From assembly GCA_023213395.1 (NCBI GenBank), contig CM041465.1:155813741-155877740 (forward strand): a DNA stretch of 64,000 bases, written 5' to 3'. The position numbers and the translations under genes were made by a program. Source of the stretch: Cycas panzhihuaensis. Its lineage: Eukaryota > Plantae > Cycadophyta. Below the pieces are notes generated by a model, which made no database searches, was not told the origin of the DNA, and saw only the letters and a program-made list of their open reading frames with translations. This document shows, piece by piece, positions 40,984-54,899 of this stretch (its first letter is position 1; every line of letters begins with the position of its first letter).

Positions 40984-41985
40984 TGATGTAGAAGCATCTA
41001 GATCTTGATCATAACTTGTCCATTACCTTTTAGACTTTTTTCTCTAAATTTTAGGCTTTGCTAATTCAAGTATAATGTCTTACTCTATGGTTAGAATTTA
41101 ATCCTTCCTACACCAACTTGAAGGTCTATTCAAGTAGAATAGGTCAAAATAGCCTACAACTAGGCCAAAGGCTCTATTATAGGCCTATAGTTTTTCAATC
41201 TAAAAAAGAAAAAGCTTAAAAATTAATATTTAGTTTATATATCTAAAAATAATAATTAATTTTAGACTAGTGTTCACTTTTATACAATATCCCTTAGCGG
41301 TTTAGTTTTTTAGTATGACTTAAACTTTAAAATATGGTTTTGTTTAATATTTTAGGTAATCACGAGATTTTTTAAAAGAAGTTTTTAGGGTTATATTTTC
41401 ACATATATAAATGTAATTTTAGACTATCTTTTGGCAAATTGGATGGAATATAATAGAAATAGAAGTGAAATGACTCTCCCTATTCTTTGGTTCTTCCTTG
41501 TTTTAAGTTTGTATATATGAGATTAAATGTTTTCCCTGTAAGTTGTTCTTATTAGTTAGATTTTAAGTAGCCATGGCAATGAAATCATTAAAAGATATTA
41601 ATCAACCATTTGAATAATAATTTGAGTGGCATCCCATTATACAAGGTTTATGAGTTTTGTAGGAACTAGAAGCAAGTATAGTTATTAAAGGAATTGTCTT
41701 ACCACCATAATATATGATGGTAAAAGTGGTGCTTTAGCCTAGTGCTTCTATAAAAGATGTTATAGATGACCCAGTTGTAGTTATTGATTCTCCAAAAGAG
41801 GTCATTTATAGGAAGGGTATCTTTAAGAGGATGATTGTATTATTGTCATACCACGAAGGGGGAATGGATAACCAAGTAAGCTAAAGGTGCACCAAGTGAG
41901 TCACGCTAAAGATAATTTTAAGGCTTTGGACATTTTTGGACATCACAAAGATTCAGTCATCATTATACATAGTGGTTCCACATCA
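40984..41985 (+). repeat. Putative 3' LTR of G
   Basis: Starts TGATGTAGAA right after PPT AGGGAGAA. The candidate end TTCCACATCA is a 9/10 inverted match. The partner LTR is not in the window, so the end is tentative. Confidence 0.55.
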
Positions 41986-43730
41986 ATGTGTCATTATTTG
42001 AAACATGGAAGAAGATGGCACAACAATGCTGAGTGGCTTACCATATACTAATATCATAGTATATATAGTCGAGTCTTGCTAATAGGCATTATTAAACAAG
42101 TTGAGATGCATTTGGGGAATTATGGTTTTCTTCCATTTTGAAGTTATATGCATGTAAGAAGGTAAATAACCATATCTTGCTTTGGTAGGACATTCATGGC
42201 ATTACTTTATAAGAGTTTGCATAGATTGGATGGAATGAATATTCCCCAAGGAAGAATGGAAAAAGGGTAAAATTACCTTTCTCCATAAGGCCTCCTTTAG
42301 TTTAAGAAATATAAGACACTATTAAGCTCTATAATTTCAATTCGTGGTGGCTTGACAATTAGAGTAGACTACCTATATCATGGTATGCATATGGTGGAGG
42401 GGCTTGTAAAACTTGCTTGTGCTAGAAATTTGTTTTATAGAAGATTCAAGGGTAAATTTGAATGAGGAGTCAATGAATTATGAATGAACGAGTATACTAG
42501 TAGGGAAGGATTAAATGGTGAGCCATAATAGGAGGAGAGAATGAATTAAAGACAAAGGAGGCTACTTCCATTCCCATTTTTTTAATGCCAATTAAATGTA
42601 AGCCTCATAATTGATAGTATAAGAATATGGTAGTTAAAGAACCTAGTTCTCTACCAATAAATAAATATCTTCCTATGGTATTAAAGAAATTCTTCCATGT
42701 TAAAAAATAATTTGAGACTATGAGTGATCAAATTTGTTTTGTAGCCAAGAAATATTCCAAGGAAAAGGAAAGGGTAGCAAAAATGTCACAAGGATAACCC
42801 ATCATGGACTACAAAGAATTTCCAATGGCCTTCACTATAATAGAATATTGGGAATGCTTAATTTACATGGAACCAACATATACATTGAGAGGATAATGTT
42901 TAGCTAAGGTTGCTCAACAATATGAGTATGGAGAACCACAATGTAGTTGGTGAATGTGGGCATTATTGACAATCCATAGAACTTGATATTCATAGATTAC
43001 TAAGATTTGTCCATAATAGAACATGCAAAAACATTGCTTATGGAATTTAAAGATGTATTTCATTATATATAGAGAGATTTAAAAGGCATTGCCCTATAAT
43101 TTAGCTAACATCATATTTAGTAGATCAATGGAGCTCAAACAATCAAGTAACATCCCTACAAGATGAATTTATGGTACTAGGATCCAGTGCAAGCAAAACT
43201 AGACAAATTGTTTGAAGTAGATTTTGTGTACATTGAGTGGGCCAACCCAACTATGATGGACCCTCCAAAGAATTGGAAAAAATATATATATGTATTATAG
43301 TATTGGTATGTGAATAGTGTGACTAATCTTTCTCAATGATTTGATAGTATATAGTTTACTTGAAGATCACCTTGATTATCTTTGGGAGTTGTTTGAGATA
43401 TGTTAGGCAAAAAGAATGTATTTCAATCTTAGAAAATATTTGTTTAGTACCTTTCGATGAATCATTGAGATATTATATGTAAAGAGATTATTCATAACCA
43501 AGATAGGTGAAGGTTATTATAGAATTGCCCACACCCACTTTTGTTGTAGAGATTAATTTTTTTGGGACACCTTGAGTACTCTAGAAAATTTATTCATAGT
43601 TATGCATCAACCTTTATGTCATTGGAATAGATACTGAAGAAGGGCGTTAAATTTTGGTGGGAGGATGATAGGAAAATGCATATTGCAATTGTATTAGTGA
43701 TGAGTAAGAAAATTGCTCATCCATTTATTA
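41986..43730 (+). pseudogene. Highly degraded Ty3/gypsy protease-RT remnant (different lineage from G)
   Basis: Traces such as GIIKQVE..FEV..PY.ALVGHSW, LLMEFKDVF..DLKGI, VQAKLDKLFEVDFV..EWANP, EDHLDYL. Confidence 0.6.
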
Positions 43731-46048
43731 TAACATTGTGTAATACATTATGTAACATATTGTATTTTTTATGTAGAGTTCACATAGGTTTAGTTCAGTT
43801 ATAGCTACTTGAATTTGTTAAACTAACCATATCAATTAATTGGTCAAGTAATTTTAAGTTGTTATGTGGTTACATCAGATTCATCATAAATTGAGAAGTT
43901 TTTTCATTTGTACACATGCATGCATGCATGCGTGAGATTGTAATTATTACCATTGAGGTAATACAATATTTCTACATTTAATTTATTCTAATGGTAGTGC
44001 ATATGCATGTCATTTACCATAATTTATACTCTTTATCAATTAAGTTTTTGAAGCCATAGTTTGTCTTTATTGCAAAGATTGTGTCGTAGTTTATACTTAT
44101 TATGAAGGTTATGTTATACATGGACATTTTAAATAAATACCCATTTTTCTTTACTAGTGTGAGGAAGATCTTCTTTAGAAAGAATCACTTTCTTATCAAT
44201 AGACAAAGGGACAAAATGGATAATAAAGCTAATTACCTATTGCCTTTTATCTATGAGAGGGAGGTCTTTTTAAGAAAGAATGGCTTTCTCATTATTTGGC
44301 AAAAGGTTCACTTCTTTATAAAATATAAGAGACTCAGGTTTACGACATGGACTATGAGAATTGTAGTTATTGTTTTGTGTTTGTCTCTTCTTATTGTTGT
44401 TGAAAATAGATTATTGTTATTATGATTATGTTCAACCTTGGAATTCCATCTTGTGAGGAGTCCAACATTGATCATCATAGAGAATTTTGATACCATGAAG
44501 AGTACACCACAAACTATTGTAACCATGCAGACATGGAATATATTTATTAATGAAATTAGTAGTTTTAAATATATTCTCTCTACATGATGGGATATATTGC
44601 ATGATGCCTTGTGTAAGAGGATCCAAATATTAACCAAGTTTAACTTGATATTGAGATAGAGGAAGTCAGTAATCATGAGTGGGTTATGACACACAATCAT
44701 GTTCAATACCTTATGTTGTAAGAGGGTTCAAACCATGATTAAGTATAGGTGTGGAAGCAACTTGATGTCATAATTATAAGGGATTTGGTATGGTTATAGG
44801 CTAGGTACCCCCATAACATTTGATGCCATGAGATTATATGAGGTAGCATCTTGAGATGAGGTGGTTTGAGGAGATGGAGCAAATCCTACTTGTATCAAAA
44901 GTTATCTTATTAAATCTTTAGGAATATTTAATATTAAAATCACTAATTGGAAAAATAGATCAACATTAATAGATACTAGTGATAAAATCCACACAAGTGC
45001 TTTAATATTAATTTCCCTACTTAGAATTTATGAGTTTTAAGTTTTGGATTTGATGTACTTTACTTTAATTTAGATATGTTGGCTTCAACTATAGCTTAAT
45101 TCCCTTATTTTCATAAATAAGAGAATCTTGAGTGTATATATTTATTGGCATCTAACTAGAAATCAAGAGTATTAGAAATCCACTCAAGATTTGCCAATCT
45201 TTTCCTATTGTAGGCATGATTGAGCAACAATTCCTTCAGAGGTTTCTTGGTGGGATGAACTATGAGGTTGTACTCAGTAGAGATTTGGTTGCTATATGAG
45301 GGAACTATGAGGAGCAATCAATCAAAAAAATGTACAAATTAGGTCTGAGCTAAGGGCAAATATCTTGTCTTGGTAGATTTCCTTCACCTAGAAAATCTCT
45401 ATGGCATGTCACTTTGAACACATGATATTCTTTAATGAGTTTTAGCCAAAACTGACTAATGGTGTCTTACCTTGGTACTTGCAATTTTTGGAGCTTAGTT
45501 AGAAAATCCCTATGGCATATTAGCTTTAGGGTAATAAAGGGTCTTCACTAACTTTGTGATACTAAATTGTGTCTAGTTGTTGATGTTGCTTTACTTTAGA
45601 ACTCAACTATCACGAAGGTCAGTCAAAACTAATTTCACTTCTTTTAATGAGATAATCTGTAATTTTAAGAAGAACTTATCATTGGAATATTCTAGCCAAA
45701 TAATTCTTGACATGTTAGCCAAAATCGATTTCAATTCGCTCATTGGGATAAATAAAACTCTTTATCAATTGACAAATCAATCACTTATAAAGCATCCATC
45801 AAAATTGACTTTTGGTATATTACAGACATATACAGATTATCATAGACTCCACCAGGAGTCAACTAGCTTTGAGCAATAGTATGATGATTCATGACTTCAA
45901 CAGGGCTTTGTCCTCTTCAAGAGGACATCGAAAGCAAAGATAGACTTAGCTAGGCAACTTAAAAACAACATGGGTTTTGAAGAGAGCTTTTCTTAAAGGC
46001 TCAAAACTGATGGTCCCTTCAAGAGCAATTTTACCTAAAATTGAACTT

Positions 46049-46263
46049 GCTCTAATACCATGATGAAATTTAGAGCTAAAAGCAATAGAAGAATAGTCTT
46101 TATTACTTATTGATAAAATAATAAGATGTACAAGTATTTAAAGGGAATATATGAAATACATAAGAAACAAATTTCAATCATGCTAGATAGGTGTAACTCC
46201 TTTCTAATTACAAAAAAGGGTATTAAATTACTAATCCTAAAGAAGTAAACATTATTTCTAATA
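46049..46263 (-). mobile_element. PBS plus probable 5' LTR of an unresolved minus-strand LTR element
   Basis: gctctaatacca (PBS, reverse complement) 46049-46060 immediately followed by TG. The LTR end is a guess and no partner was found. Confidence 0.45.
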
Positions 46264-46640
46264 AAATTAGGTTATGGGAGGTAGGATTTGTGATGCAAGG
46301 TTTGTTTATATGTAAATTAAACTTTGTATTCCTTGAAACCAATGCTGTATACTACATTCTTCTTAAAAACTCAAGATGTTTGATTCAAAATTGATGATAT
46401 GTTTCATCCTTCCTACATCTCCCTAGATGTTACTAATTGGAGTGTCTTACTCAAAGAAAATTCCAAGAAATAATTTCAGCGCCTCTTTTTCTTTTTCCTT
46501 TCTCATTTTAAACTAATTATCTTGAATTTTTTAGCTTCCATTATTCTTTAAAACTAATAACTAGATGTCTATAATGTCTACACATGATTGTTTACAACTT
46601 AGGATGGTGACTATATACCTTTTTCTGCTATATTTCCTTT

Positions 46641-46888
46641 TGTCCCTTATAAGATCTAAAATCAGTATTTGAAATGAATAGAGATAAATCCTTTGAAAAA
46701 ATCATGTCATTAATGGGGGTGATTCTTTAAATTTTTGAATATTTGAAATGACTAGTTAATGAGAAAACATGCTAATTATGTCCCCTATAAGATTTGAAAT
46801 TAGTATTAAAAATAAATAGAGAAAACCCCCTTAAAAATTTGTAAATGGATCTTATCACATCACTAATGGGGAGATTCTTTTAGTTTCT
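46641..46888 (+). repeat. Diverged direct duplication, ~138-bp period
   Basis: tgtccc.tataagat.t.aaat.agtatt..aaat.aatagaga...taatgggg.gattcttt occurs twice. Confidence 0.75.
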
Positions 46889-46889
46889 A

Positions 46890-47090
46890 TAGATATAGGG
46901 ATAAGTACAAATGAAATAAATCTATGGATAAACATAAGGCTAGACTTGTAACTAAAGGGTTTAAGCAAGAGGAAGGGATTAATTACTAAGAGACATTCAC
47001 TTTGCTTATAAAGATAAATACTATTAGACTCATTATGGTAATGGTTGTTTAGTTTAAAATGGCAGCTTCACTAGATAGATGTGAAAAAAA
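46890..47090 (+). pseudogene. Copia RT fragment
   Basis: MDKHKARLVTKGFKQEEGINY*ETFT..KINTIRL..LH*IDVK. Confidence 0.85.
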
Positions 47091-48699
47091 TGTCCCTAAA
47101 TCACTTCTTTGACAATATCTTATAATTGGATTTTGTTCTTTTCAATTTTCAATTAGGTAAATTACACATCACTTGATATTAGATCTTGTAATCAAACTAA
47201 TTATTTGTAGAATTTGGAGATTACCGTTAGTTATTAGAAATTTTTAATATTTCTATAATTTCTGTCATAAGAGAAAATCAATCTAATTCCCTAACTATTT
47301 TCTTAGATGTAGGTACAATTGGCCATCTAAAAGACATTGTGATTATTTTAATTCCAAAAAAAAATTGTCAAATGTTCTAGTCGCTTGTAGAGACTATGGG
47401 AAGAAACATGAAAAAAAGAGAGGAAAAGAATAGAAGCTCCAACCTTAGTGAAGAATATATTGTACATTATCAAAACACTAAAAAAAATTCAAAAAAAGAG
47501 AAAAAAGAAAGATAGAGTAGGTTGACACTCAAAACCCTAATTTTCAACCAAAGAGGAGGGTTGAAGCCCAAAGAACATTACTTTAAAATGGCACACCACA
47601 TTGTAGAATGAAACATGGAATACATCATAATGCTTTAGTTATTGGAGAGCATAAAAAGAGAAATATAACCCTATTAAGTGGAGAGATGTGTATGGACCAC
47701 TAATACATAAAGAAGAATGTATAAGTTGAAAAATGAAACATTAGAGGAAAGACAAACATTGAAGCATTGTATGTTGAATGTTGATTATAAAGACAGTTAG
47801 GTAATGGAAAGCAATGGAGATGAAATTCATAATTGACCAACCTTGAAGTGATGCCAAAGTAGGACACATACACACATCAAGAAATGCGTCAAAGAAATCC
47901 CGATCATAGGGAAAATTATAGTTTCTTTTTTTTTGAAATTGATAAGAATGAACCAAAAAAGAAAAAAAAAATATTGAAATAAAATTGAGGTCATGTGAAA
48001 ATACTATTTGGCATTTTCTCATTAAAAAAGATAATTTTTTATAATGTAGGGTTAAATATTAGAAAGGTGTTTTTTTTTTTAATGCTTATGTTAGTTTGAA
48101 AATAAACAAATGCTAAAAAAGTGGCAAGAAGTTATATAAACAAGCTTAATATCTTATGAAATTTGTATCTGCATCTATTTTACATTTCAATTAGGTTTAG
48201 CACAAAAATCCATAATAAGTTTTTTTAATACTTAAAAAAAATATTAATTATTAAAAAAATAATAATCCTAATAGCATTTAAGACAAAATACATCAAAAAT
48301 CATATTTTTGAAGCCAATTTTGAGGGTTTTTCAATACAACATGCTTAACAAGAAAAAACAAGTGCCCTCTATATAGGAGAGGGGGTGGACAACATCAAAA
48401 TGAAAACTACCCAAATGAGGTTGGAGGATCTTTCTAAAGGTTTTGCACAAATGATAGAAGTTGTGCTCCAATGGCAAGTTGATGCCTAAGCACAAATGAT
48501 ATAGTACATGATAATGATGTTTAAGAAAATGATGGTCCACCAAACTCAATAAAATAAGATTCCTACAATAGTCCTTTTATAGTAATTGCAATTAAAATTG
48601 AATATATGGATCATTATTCCCAAGTTTCATAGCACTATAAATATCAAAGCTATAAATAAGTGGATTGGAAATGTGCAAATATACTTTAAATGTCAAAAG

Positions 48700-49900
48700 T
48701 TGACCTATGAATAGAAAAATACTATAATAGAGATACTTATCTCAAAGAAAGCCTTGGTTACTGGCAAGCATATGTAAACACTGATAGGGTAGTCACAACA
48801 TGGGATAAATTTAAAATGATCATCCAAAATTGATTTTACTCTATCATGTACTAAAATAAAAGAGAAAAGAAGTGGTAATAATTGCAAAAATAAATTGTAC
48901 AATTTGTCTAATAAGACATTGATAGTTTTAATAAAATAATCATGATGGTCGAGTCTAAGGATTTTGAGCATACACTTATGCTTAAATTCTTCAATGGACC
49001 TTTTCTCTCCTTCCAATAGGAGTTGGATCTTACAAAAATATTCTCATTGGACGAGGCTATTAATATGCACACAAGGTGGAAAGAAAGCTCTATATAAAAC
49101 CATCTTATTAGACTTCAATAACAACAACAATTGTAAAAGCAAACTTTTTATCAAAGAAATGAGAAAGCACTCTCCACAAGACACCTTCTACCATACTTCA
49201 ATGACAACTATAGTAAACATAGAAATTAGCTTTCTATCAAAGAAAGGAAATAGATATGGTAGGCCCTTTTTAGTAAGTGCTAGCAGGAAACATGACTCTA
49301 GTAATAAAGGGGAAAACTAGGTACTACACATAGTGTAAGACTAGTAGTCATTCTAATGAGGAATGTTAAAAGTAGAAGTAATAAAAAAAGTTAAATCAAA
49401 GAGTACGATAGCCAAAAAGAATGCCAATGCATTGTATGATTTAATGGAGATGCTGACAATACCAATCACCAATTAGAGGGTGGCTAATCCAAATATAACC
49501 CTCTTGACTAAGGATTACTATGGTTCAGAAAGAGAAGCACTGTTTACTTAAAATTATGAGATCAAAAGTCATATTGTACTATGTATCATCAACAATGTTA
49601 GCATGAAAAATTAGGTATCCAATAAACTAATTAAGGATGTCAATCTCCTTATAGTACCTCATTCTAACCCTTATACTTTGAAGTAGTTTAAGACAAAAAG
49701 AGCATCACAAACAATAATTGACATAGTCTGCAATATGACTTTGGAAACAGAGCTCTTTATGAATATAGTTAATTAATTATGATGTAACTCCCATGGATTG
49801 TTGTGAGTTTTTTTAAGGTGGATCTTATTAGTATGATAGAGATGTTTATTATGGGCCCACAAATATTTATTAGTTATGAAGAAACAACATAATTTATCAA
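48700..49900 (+). pseudogene. Degraded Ty3/gypsy gag-protease remnant
   Basis: REALFT..IKSHIVLCIINN.SMKN.VSNKLI..HSNPYTLK*F..YDRDV; similar to the protease region of M. Confidence 0.6.
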
Positions 49901-50948
49901 CTCATATCATTATCTCTAGTCACTTAGAGAACAAGTTTCTAAGTAGTTAGGCTCACTAGTTTTGTTTAAGAAGGCACTAATTTATTTGTAAGATTAATAT
50001 ATAGATAAAACACTCTTCATATAAAGATATTTCCATAGATGATTAATAAGCAAGCATAAATATAAGATTCTAGTTTGCTCACTCTGCAACATGCTTGTGG
50101 TTAAGGGAGAGGAATTAAGGTAATCTAATCATGAGACAATAAGATGGATTTTATTTGCACCACTCAAGACATTGTTTTTTATGTCACATATTATCTAAGT
50201 TAATCAATCAACCATATGGTTTTTATTTTTGATACTACATGTGCAACAAGATTGGGTGTCATTTTACAAGTGTTCATGGGATTGATACTATGCTTTATGC
50301 TTGGGTAGTAGCCATAGAAGGACCAAAAGAGGAGATTGATGTTGAGGTAGAAGAAGTTTCATCGATTCTATTGATGTTTTCTTTTATGATGAAGGAATGT
50401 AACAATAATCAATTGAGATAGCTTTGTTGAAGTCTATATGGAAATGAAAAAGACTATAAGAGGATTTGTGTGGCAAAGCTAGGTCTTTTTTATAGGAACC
50501 TTGATAGTAAAAAGTCTTTATGATTTGGTTGTAGATATTAGTGCAAAACCTTTACCAAGAATGGAAAGCATTTATTTTAGAAAATAGAGAATTAATTATT
50601 TTGGTTGTAAAGCTTTCATATTTATTTGGGCTTCCCACAAAAGGTTAGGGGAACAATCACAAAATGGAGGTGTAGCTGGTAGAAGGAATGAAAATGGACC
50701 TTTTGGCCTAAAAACTATATGTAATAATGCATTAGAATGCTGTTATGATAATCATGGATGGTTGATGGAAAATTTTCATGTTAAAAAATTATGCATGGCT
50801 ATGAAATTGTTCACAATGAAGCTTTTTAGGAATGAGGATTTAATGTGATTACATTTTCACATGGTATGAATTAGACAATGACTTTCTTTAGGTTATGGTT
50901 TTTAGATGGGATCTTTTTATACAAGGTGGGTTTATATGTCAATTATGA

Positions 50949-53900
50949 TGATATGTAGTAGGGAATAAAAAGTTTGAAATAATTCAAGGGAAGGTGCAGG
51001 AAATTAGAGAAAATCTATACTAGTGAATTGTTATTATTCATGCTATTCCAAGTGATGTTCCATTATGCACATGCCATTTAGAGAAGATGTTCTTAATGGT
51101 TCTCCTCGTTAATGTTGTTTCGCTAGCATTCTCGTTGGCATTCCCTTGGTTGATGTTCTAATGTCATCCCAATAGCATTCCTTAAGTTGCTCCTTATAGA
51201 TAACATTCCATCACCATACCCCTTAAGTGTCCTTTTGTTAATGGTGTTCTCAAAGCTATTCTTTGGTCATGTCTTATATTTAAGATGTCATTTCAACAAC
51301 ATAAAATTGTAATTTACACACTAAAAATGAATTTTGAGGCTAAATTTTCTTTGTAGTATGCTAGAATGATCTACGTTGGATTAGTTAAAGTCTATTATTA
51401 TCTAAGAGTTGGTTGCACAATATAGATGAGTACACCTAGACTCACACCAAGCAAGATGGCCATAGAGAAGAACTTAGAAAATGGAAGGAAATGCTTCTTC
51501 TATTTAAACTAAGTGATGAATGTTTGGGAATGTATAATAAAGTATGCCCTCTATCTTTTTATGGAAGAGAGTATCATAATTGGATGAGGGTTAGGCGGGT
51601 GTAGTTATATGCATTTATTATTATAGTGAAAGTTAGTTATAAAATTGACAAGCATATAATAATTACATTTGACTAAAATTAATCCAACTATCTACTCCTT
51701 AACTGGAATCATTTTTTGGATCTTAAGCAAATGCAATATCCAAGAATATGGAAACAATACATATGTTACATTTTGTATTACATGAATGAGTGGATAATTG
51801 GTCATTTAAGCTTATCAATTCATAATGGCTTTAGAAAAAAGTTGTCTCCAATTTTTATGCCCATGTGTGATGTATGGAACTTCTTATGGATTAATAGAAA
51901 ATTATCCTAACATTTTCAAGAATAAGTCAGAACTCATAATCCACTTTGGCTAGAACATGTGCAACCATATGATAATAGATTGATGATTCGATTGTGGCCA
52001 AATTCTAGCCACAGGCTAAGACTACTAATGTTGCTAAATCAAGGGGAATTGTGGAAGCTTGTTTATAAGATGACACCCACTTGTTGTAAGAAGTGGTAAG
52101 AAATTACAAATGAAGTTGAGGGGATTCATTTTCTATGACCTATAGGATAGTAAAAAAGTAGTGAATACCATCTACCCTAAAGGTGTTGTGGTCTACTATG
52201 GAAGTAAACATTACTTCTAGTATGATTGCACTTGTGGAATTGATTAAAGAATTAAAGCTACCATGTGTAGAGGTATCATAGAGGTAGGATCACTAATGAT
52301 AGATGATTGTAGGTGTAGAAGGATCCCTAAAATTAGAGAGGAGTGATAGTAAATCTATCAAAAATGGAGAGCAAGTTAAGGATGGTGTTAGTGTTGTTAG
52401 CTAAATAACCAAGAGCAAAGGCTTTGGGATGAATGTGGAAGTTTGTATGATAGTTGGTAAAAATGCAAGTTGATGTTTAAATGTCTTGTAATATTTGTGT
52501 AAGTAGTAAGTATTGGTATAGTTGTTATACTGTGCATGCCTATCATATTGATATGTTTTTCCAAGTACTAGATCATAACAATCCATAAGAATGGCATTGC
52601 AAGTGATTGCATTTATAAGCAGGTCCATTGCAAAATTGACAAGGCACACCTTATTAACTCTTTTATGAAGTCTATTCTTCCATACCGACCTGAGGTTTTA
52701 GGGTGTTGAATGTAGCTTATTCTAAAGGTTTAAAAAAGAAAGTAGCTTGTTAGAGGCTGTGTTCTTCATGATATCATTGTCCATGATATAAAGTGCTAGA
52801 TGATCCTTCACTTGACAATTTTATGTGAAGAGAACTTGATCTAAGACTAAATTGTTATTGAACTAATTATGGATTGGGGAGTCTCTAGTCAGTCACCAGA
52901 GCCATTGGTTTTTCTTCTTATGTTTCTTCTTCCTTATTCATAAACAAGGCCAAGGCTTGGGCTTTCTACTTGAGGATTTTGTCATTAGAAAGACCATAGG
53001 ACTTATGATAGTCACAATATATATGGGGCCCTTTTCCCTTAGTTATGAGGAAATTTTAAGCTAGAGCAGAAGAAGACATGGCAATAAATCATTACTAGGG
53101 TTTAAGAGAGTTCCTATTAAGTCTCCTTATAAATGACCTAAGGAGGTTGTCTCTATTGAAATTGTCATTGTTAATTAAGGAGGGAGATGCTTTTACATGG
53201 GACCCTTTCCCTTCAGCAGAATTTGGAAATCCTAATTGAAAGAAATGATTGTAAACAATTCTAAGCCTTGTTATAAATGTGGAAATAAATCTTGTTAGTA
53301 GTTGTAACCTCAAGCATTGTAGATAACTTGTGGAACATCAATTTATTGTTGAACAAATTGGCTAGATTGCTAAGGAAGGTATAATTATGCTTTTTTTAGT
53401 ATCATCCTAGTAGTTGAGTGGGTAAAACCTTTCTCTCTTAAGTATTTTCTTGAACTCTAAATATTTTCTTAAACTCCATCCATTGAGTGACAACCTATTT
53501 TTGGTTCTTGGGTAAATTCCCCATATGTGTTTACTACCATATCAATGCTTGATATGTTAAGGATCTTAGCAATCGAGATTTGTTATTCATTAGTGAATGG
53601 GTGGCATTTGGAGTAGGCTTTCAAACTTTGAAACCAACCATCTAAAGAATTTACATTGATGGTGCTATCAAACTTGGGTATGGTGCTTCCAGTGTCTAAT
53701 TTGAATTATGGTTTTTAGAGAGTATCCATGGGTATTCCTTATTGGTTCATGATTTTCTAAAATAACATCATAATATTGTTCATCATTTGTATCTAGGCCT
53801 AAATTTATTCTATGAATTCTTGAGCTTGAGTGTGGGTTCATTCTTGAAGTGCTTCTAAGAACATCTATTTGGGATTTGCAATATTTCTTACGATGACATC

Positions 53901-54899
53901 TTCTTGTTGCTCCTCTTTAAACAAGGCATAGTATTAGAAGAGTGTAAAAGTGGTGGATTTATGAGAAATTGATCTTCATTATAGGCCATGGTATGAATTG
54001 ATACATAGTACAAAATGTGAAACTTAAAATATTCAAGGAAAGGTGGAAGAAATTACAGAAAAACAATACTCAAGACTTATTATTATCAATGTTATTCCAA
54101 GAGATGCTCCACTCTACATATGCCATTCTAGTAAGGCATCCTCAATGACATTCCCATTTGATGTGATTTTGCTAGTATCCCAGGTGGCCTTGCCCTGGTC
54201 AATGTTATTCCAATGCCATTTTGGGGGTGTTCCTTGAGCATTTCGAAAGTAGTTCGTCAAGAGTAACATTCTATTACCATTCCTCTATAAGTGTTCTTCT
54301 TTGGTGGCATTTTTGAAGCTATTCCTTGACATTGTTCGACATCTGAGTTATCATTCTAATAACACAACACTTTGGTATATGAACTATAAATATAGTTTTA
54401 AGGTTGAGTTCTCTTTATAGTATATTGAAATGGGTTGCACTATACTAGTAGTCTGATATTGTCTTAGACTTTGTCACACAACATAGATGAGGGTACCCAA
54501 CACACACCTCTAACACATGCCAAAGAATATGGGTATAGAGAAGAAGTCAAAAAATGGAGGAAAGTGCTTATTCTATTCATACTTAACAATAAATATTTGG
54601 AAATGTACAATAATATACACCCACTCTCTTTTTATAAATTCAAGCACTATCACTAGGTGAAAGTTGGGTGGTTGCAATTACATACATCTACTTCTAAACT
54701 AAAAATTGGTTACAAAACTGACAATCATTTAATTATTACATCAATCTAAAACTATACAAAGCTAACCTAATTAACTACTCCTTAACTAGAGTTACTTTAT
54801 GTATATTAAGTTAATTCAACATCCTAAAAGATTAAAAACTAGATATATTACAATTTATATTACATGAATGAGAGAATAATTAGTCATTTGAGTTCATCA
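50949..54899 (-). mobile_element. Old gypsy-derived element M: two ~0.9-kb LTR-like repeats flanking gag-protease only
   Basis: Direct repeats 50949-51817 and 53999-54899 (TGATA...ATCA, roughly 70% identical). Internal minus-strand IPKFDSTINVNSLDGWFQSLKAY and ORF 52401-52649 (MDCYDLVLGKTYQYDR). No clear PBS/PPT. Confidence 0.68.

Noticed and set aside
44484-44500. PBS-like attttgatacca followed by TG
   Set aside because: No matching LTR, TSD or coding context found; may be chance.
44102-49320. ORFs of 100-132 aa (44102-44425, 44308-44706, 45577-45879, 48705-49016, 48964-49320) as host genes
   Set aside because: No recognisable domains or splice structure; AT-biased composition typical of chance ORFs or gag relics.
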